A DNA stretch of 64,000 bases, taken from contig NW_002060959.1 in NCBI RefSeq assembly GCF_000150275.1, positions 926,675 to 990,674 of the forward strand, written 5' to 3'. The translations under genes and the position numbers were made by a program. This DNA comes from Trichoplax adhaerens (taxonomy: Eukaryota > Animalia > Placozoa). Below the pieces are notes generated by a model. It made no database searches and was not told the DNA's origin. It saw only the letters and a list, made by a program, of their open reading frames with translations. Positions 59,043 to 64,000 of this stretch are shown here, one piece after another (positions within the stretch are counted from its first letter, which is position 1; every line of letters starts with the position of its first letter).

Positions 59043-60150
59043 TGCCACTTTGTTACAAAACCTAATAGGGTATCAATGACACTCTAGCTGCACCTTTCAA
59101 CGGTAGAATCCAGTTCACGTATGGTACTATTAATTATCGATATTAAAATTTAAATTCGGTGGCTGTAATGTCACCAACATTCAGTATACTCGCACTGTAT
59201 AATTTCGGTTAAATAGTCATATGCTACCGAGTTAATAAATCTTGAAACAAATCACGTCATAATTGAACGGAACGCATTTATCAAATCATTCCTATATTAC
59301 TGAATGAATGCAGTATTTGTTTATAGAATCTTTCAACTATAAATCATATAGTATATTACCGACAATACTAGCATTTCAATCTGGTACATAACTTAAGTTA
59401 TATAAAGAATATTTTGTAATAAAAAAGGCCAATTCAGTTGTTTTAAATTGCTTTATTGAACTCATCTTACTCTGCTTATAACTTAAATTCGTTGCTAACA
59501 GATTGGTGCTGTAGCTTTCACAGATAATATTAATAATTACTGATATGAATAGATCTACTTCGCGATATTTGCTCTTCCCATTATTATTACAATGAATTCG
59601 TATCAAGAACTGTTATATCATTACCTACAGTAGCAAGCATGAAAAAATGAGCCAAAGGATCTAATTAAAATTCACATCATAGACGCGATACAGTTAATAG
59701 CAATATGAAAAGCTATCTCGATAGGAGTTATCCACGCAATCAAGCCAATCAATCAATCAATCAGAGAATTAATTACCATTGTTCACCCAAAAAAGTGAAT
59801 GTCTCATTATCCAAACATGAAAACGTTACAGTACTTCGATATAATGTATAAAATAGAATTGTAACGCTTTAACTGTTGATCGTCTGTAAATGATGGAGGA
59901 AAGCCAATTTGTGAAGATTATATGGTATCAATGTTACAAGGCCAAAGGCAAGGAAGGCTTTGCACGTTTTACCCAGTAGGGAATGCCACCGTTTTAGCAT
60001 GACAAATTACTAAATACAACAGTAACGACTATAACAAACAAAAGTTTAAAATAGGAGATGATCACTAAGCTCTACTTATATTACTAAAAGATGCCTAATC
60101 TTAAACCAGCGATTTTAAAGTGGCATCTACTAAGTTTACATCGGTTATTA

Positions 60151-62392
60151 TTAGTTAATTTCAACAAAAACTTGAGCTTCAGATAGCTTATTTGGTGCTG
60201 ATGATATCTGCACATTGGTAGCGTTTAGTTTACAATGGATTTGATATTTCTCGTTAATTCTATTGAATTGAACGGCTACAAGGGGTTTTTGATAATTCTC
60301 CTGTCTCGTCCATGGATAATACTGTTTGAGGAATCCTATATTATCATAGATCAAGTGGAAACAAAACTTTATTGCAAAGCAAGCACCATAACCACTATTC
60401 ATTTATATGACAAGATCATGACTGTCGGTATAGACTCTATGTTACTACTAAAGCATAGAGTAGATCAAATAGAACTGATTGATTCAACCAAACTGAATGT
60501 CTATCTGGAACTGTTGAGATTAGCACATTAGTAATTGAATCCAATTTAATGGGTAAAACTAACTTACCGGTATTAATGACAGTCACCGTTGGCTTAGGAT
60601 CGAGGCTTTCCGCTTTGACTGCCTGACAATCAAGTGGGACATAATTTCCATTTTTATTGGCAATTTCAGGGATCCAACCCCAAACCAGATTCATTTGAAC
60701 TATGATACAAGCAGTATCTTGCGAAAAGCCATAAGCAGGCGAAGAAGCACAAGCCCCCAAGTTATTAACATTGAAGGTACAAGTGTTATTACCACATTGA
60801 AACGATTTTGGATTTCTATAAGGAGTTAATAGTCTAGCAATTTGGAACCGACTTGAATTGACAGATGCTGCAGCATTGGAGTAAGACGCAGGCGTTGCAA
60901 CTAAACCAGGGTTTAAGTTATACATGGTGTACTTTGGGCCAACATCCAAAGGTGGAACAGTGGTTAGGAACACCCCAAGACAGATAGCAAAGAAGCCAGC
61001 CAGACAACCATAAAAGCAAAGGTAGAAGAGTATAATCTTGTCTATTGAAAAAAGATTGCAAAGATCAGTTATTGTACAACATCTCCTTTCCACTAAGAAC
61101 GAGAATAAACTCTAGTTTAAGGTATTCCATTAGCCAATAACACAGTCGTCCATTACATGACCATGTTTAAGATGGTGTTTACTACTGACAGTGAATAGTA
61201 CTAGTACGGTGCTAGAACGGACTGGAGCGGACCGGTCTGGTTCGGAACGATACAGTCCTAGTACAGTACAACCATGGCCTACTTTTCCTACAGTATCTTG
61301 ATTTTTTTCTCGCGATCTACAGTACTGTGCACTGTGACTGTTCAGTACACGAAGCTATACCGTACAGTGTACAGTACAGTGCGTGGTGGACTATCCAAAC
61401 GTGTATAGTGCAATATGGTTTTGGTAGGTGTGGTGGCGGTCAATCAATCAAGGCCTCTTCCCTAATGGGAGCACAGGCAGCACGCTAACACCTACTGTAC
61501 ACCTACTGTACATTGTATTGTACCAATGTGGCATGCGCCGTCGCCCTTGGCCAATTCAATGTACACTGTACAAGGGGAAATCAATTTGGAAAAAGTTGAA
61601 AGTTTTTTATCCATCCAAATTCATTATCTGTTTATTCTATCAACTATTTTCTACTCTACGATAAAGTAGTGTAAAAGAAGTTGTTGTCAAGTCCTTGATA
61701 TTGACTTAAGATAGTGGCTGATGGGCATGTTAACGGGGAAGGTTCAATTTCGTAATCAGTAAAAAGTACAGTGCGGTATCGTCAAAACGCAGCCAAACGA
61801 CTCATTGAAACACAATTCTTACTAGACGCTATGGATGATACAGTAGCAAAGACACATACTGAAATGGGGCAAGGCAATTTTACGAGGTCATCATCAAGGG
61901 GACGGATAAAATGTTCACTATTTTAGCGAAATGGAAGACGATGAAGCAACGCCAAGATTGGATCAGAAGCATATTGTGTCATCAAGGCAGTCAATGTTCT
62001 CATCAATACTGTAGCATTTGTAGGACGGTAGGCAGACTCAACCAATCCAAGTTGGTTGGATCAATCGATTTGGCATTTGAAAGTGCCATCACACCATTGG
62101 CATCTGTCTATCTCATTTGAAGACATTACTACATGAATTCACTGTATCCAAAGCCCCCCCCCCTAAAATCAATGATTGACTACAGCAATGGAAAACAGCG
62201 TTGTCTGCATGCTACGCTTGTATTTACATATGCACACTTTAGCGTGGTCGCTCAAAACTTACACCAGCTCTGTTTGGTACGAAAAAAAACAGTCTTTTCA
62301 CGGGGATTGTAAACGGCACGCGAAAAGCCCTGCCATAAGGTGGTCTTGGCAACCACTGAATATTTCTCTAAATAAAGATCGTTCTTTTCCAT
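60151..62392 (-). CDS. Na+/K+-ATPase beta subunit family protein, 3 exons (62392-62263, 61041-60568, 60335-60151)
   Basis: MEKND...VYNPREKTVFFRTKQSW|YKIILFYLCFYGCLAGFFAICLGVFL (TM), PKY..NPGL, YGFSQDTACIIVQMNLVWGWIP, GFLKQYYPW..YQKPLVAVQF..HCK, with six ectodomain cysteines. Confidence 0.93.
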
Positions 62393-63164
62393 GATGATAA
62401 CTTGAACTTGTTGATTCCAATAATCAATTCACTGGATAGCGATTTTCCGTCAATTTAGCCAAGGTGGGGCCACAAATCGCTAACAGCTTTAGCGTAAAGC
62501 ACGAGCAAATGCAACCAATGACACCACCACCAGCGTTTATATCAATTGGACGCTACACTGTACTGTACTGTACTATGGTACTGTCACCCTGGGTTACCCA
62601 TAGTGTAGGTTGACCAGACCGGGCCAGCATACAATGCGACTGGGGGATCCACAGGGGATAATCACCGGGTACCGGACTGCGGCCGACCCAATCTGTTCTG
62701 GTCCGTACCGTACTGTACTAGCACCATGTGTACAGTATACAGTGTACACTGTACAGTACTGTATACTGTAAGGAGCGACTGTCTACTGTACTGTACGACT
62801 GTACGTGCCTTTGCCACAACCAACCTGTGCGCAGTGGGCACGTGCTAGAGTAAGAGCAACCGGTACTGGACCTCGAGTGCACACTGTGGATGGAGAACGT
62901 GCACTTGCGCAGTGCAGTGCTGTACCTTCTGGCCCACTGGGTGATCCTTTGCCTGAGTCAAAGGTAGACTTTAGACAGCTAGCAGGTCCAGAGTACAGAC
63001 GTAACTGTACAGCGCAGCACAGATTCAAGGTCCGCCAAGACTAGAAACGTTGCACCCAAAATAGGATGACAATTTGCACGTGATTGATATTACAAACCGT
63101 CAGCGACTAGCCTGGAAGTGGATTTGACAGCCTACTGTGCCAAAAATGAGTCCGCGATCATTGT

Positions 63165-63626
63165 CCAATGTCTACTCGCCCATTAAAATAACGCCATACT
63201 GTACAGTGTACAGTACAGTAGTACAGTAGAAGAAAAAAAAAGTCATACAGTACGCTGTGCAGTACAATAACTCGAGGTCTAGCTCACTCTACTGTAGGGG
63301 TACCCGGGACAGTACACTGAGTAGAGTACAGTACCGTACTACAGTATACAGTACTATATACTGTAGCCCAATGTCTACTCGCCCATTAAAATAACGCCAT
63401 ACAGTACAGTACGTACAGTAGAAGAAAAAAAGTCATACAGTACACTGTGCAGTACAGTACAGTAACTCGAGGTCTAGCCCACTCTACTGTAGGGGTACCC
63501 GGGACAGTACACTGAGTAGAGTACAGTACCGTACTACAGTATACAGTACTATATACTGTAGCCCAATGTCTACTCGCCCATTAAAATAACGCCATACTGT
63601 AGAAGAAAAAAAGGTCATACAGAACT
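63165..63626. repeat. ~200 bp tandem repeat (2.3 visible copies), TACAG-rich, running into the assembly gap
   Basis: The unit CCAATGTCTACTCGCCCATTAAAATAACGCCATAC... starts at 63165, 63368 and 63563. Confidence 0.92.
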
Positions 63627-63676
63627 NNNNNNNNNNNNNNNNNNNNNNNNNNNNNNNNNNNNNNNNNNNNNNNNNN
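63627..63676. other. Assembly gap
   Basis: Run of 50 N. Confidence 0.99.
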
Positions 63677-63681
63677 AAAAA

Positions 63682-64000
63682 AAGATATAGAGCAATGTAG
63701 GATAATGGATTTGACTAAGGACTTTCTATACAGCCCATGGAGCTCTATCGAGTACGAATAGATAGGATATTTATATATAAGAAATGGTTCAAGGAAAGAG
63801 AATCAAGTTACAAGTGCTCGCACATTGGCAATGACAAGTGGAAAAACAAGCTACACTAGAATAAAAATTCTCATCAAACATTGTCTATGCACATAGTCTC
63901 TAGCACTTGCAAACGACGGATATACTCGTATATAGTATTCGTATACAGTAATACTAAACAATGATTTAGTATAACTTGGCTGCTGAGCAGCCTGAGCATT
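63682..64000 (+). repeat. Near-identical copy of 29810-30128 (FDPS intron 1)
   Basis: Colinear 319-bp match without indels. I see two substitutions (ACTAGAGTAA vs ACTAGAATAA; CTCTAACACT vs CTCTAGCACT). Confidence 0.95.

Overview
AT-rich, gene-dense eukaryotic genomic DNA with many short GT-AG introns. The compact intron-rich architecture and animal-type gene set suggest an early-branching metazoan, most plausibly a placozoan such as Trichoplax (inference). Splicing exons by eye supports 11 protein-coding genes: INPP5A (3' part, CAAX tail), STX18, NOP16, an intronless PGAP3, a THEG/SPMAP2-like gene, an ARL9/ARL10-like GTPase, a CAMLG-like gene, FDPS, CFAP43, DHX34 and FIGNL1. A twelfth is a Na+/K+-ATPase beta subunit. 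No RNA gene, CRISPR array or transposase was recognised. The main observations are: (1) a NOP16-THEG-ARL9/10 block that appears to match two human paralogous neighbourhoods (ARL10-NOP16 and ARL9-THEGL); (2) a recurrent TACAGTAC/GTACTGTA low-complexity signature, with a GACCAGA-containing motif, marking most promoters; (3) RFX X-boxes upstream of CFAP43, THEG and the ARL9/10-like gene; (4) ~120-bp duplications of intron 3' ends that may create decoy splice acceptors; (5) a uORF in front of the NMD helicase DHX34; (6) a near-identical copy of FDPS intron 1 after the assembly gap. Gene names come from remembered family motifs, not database searches.
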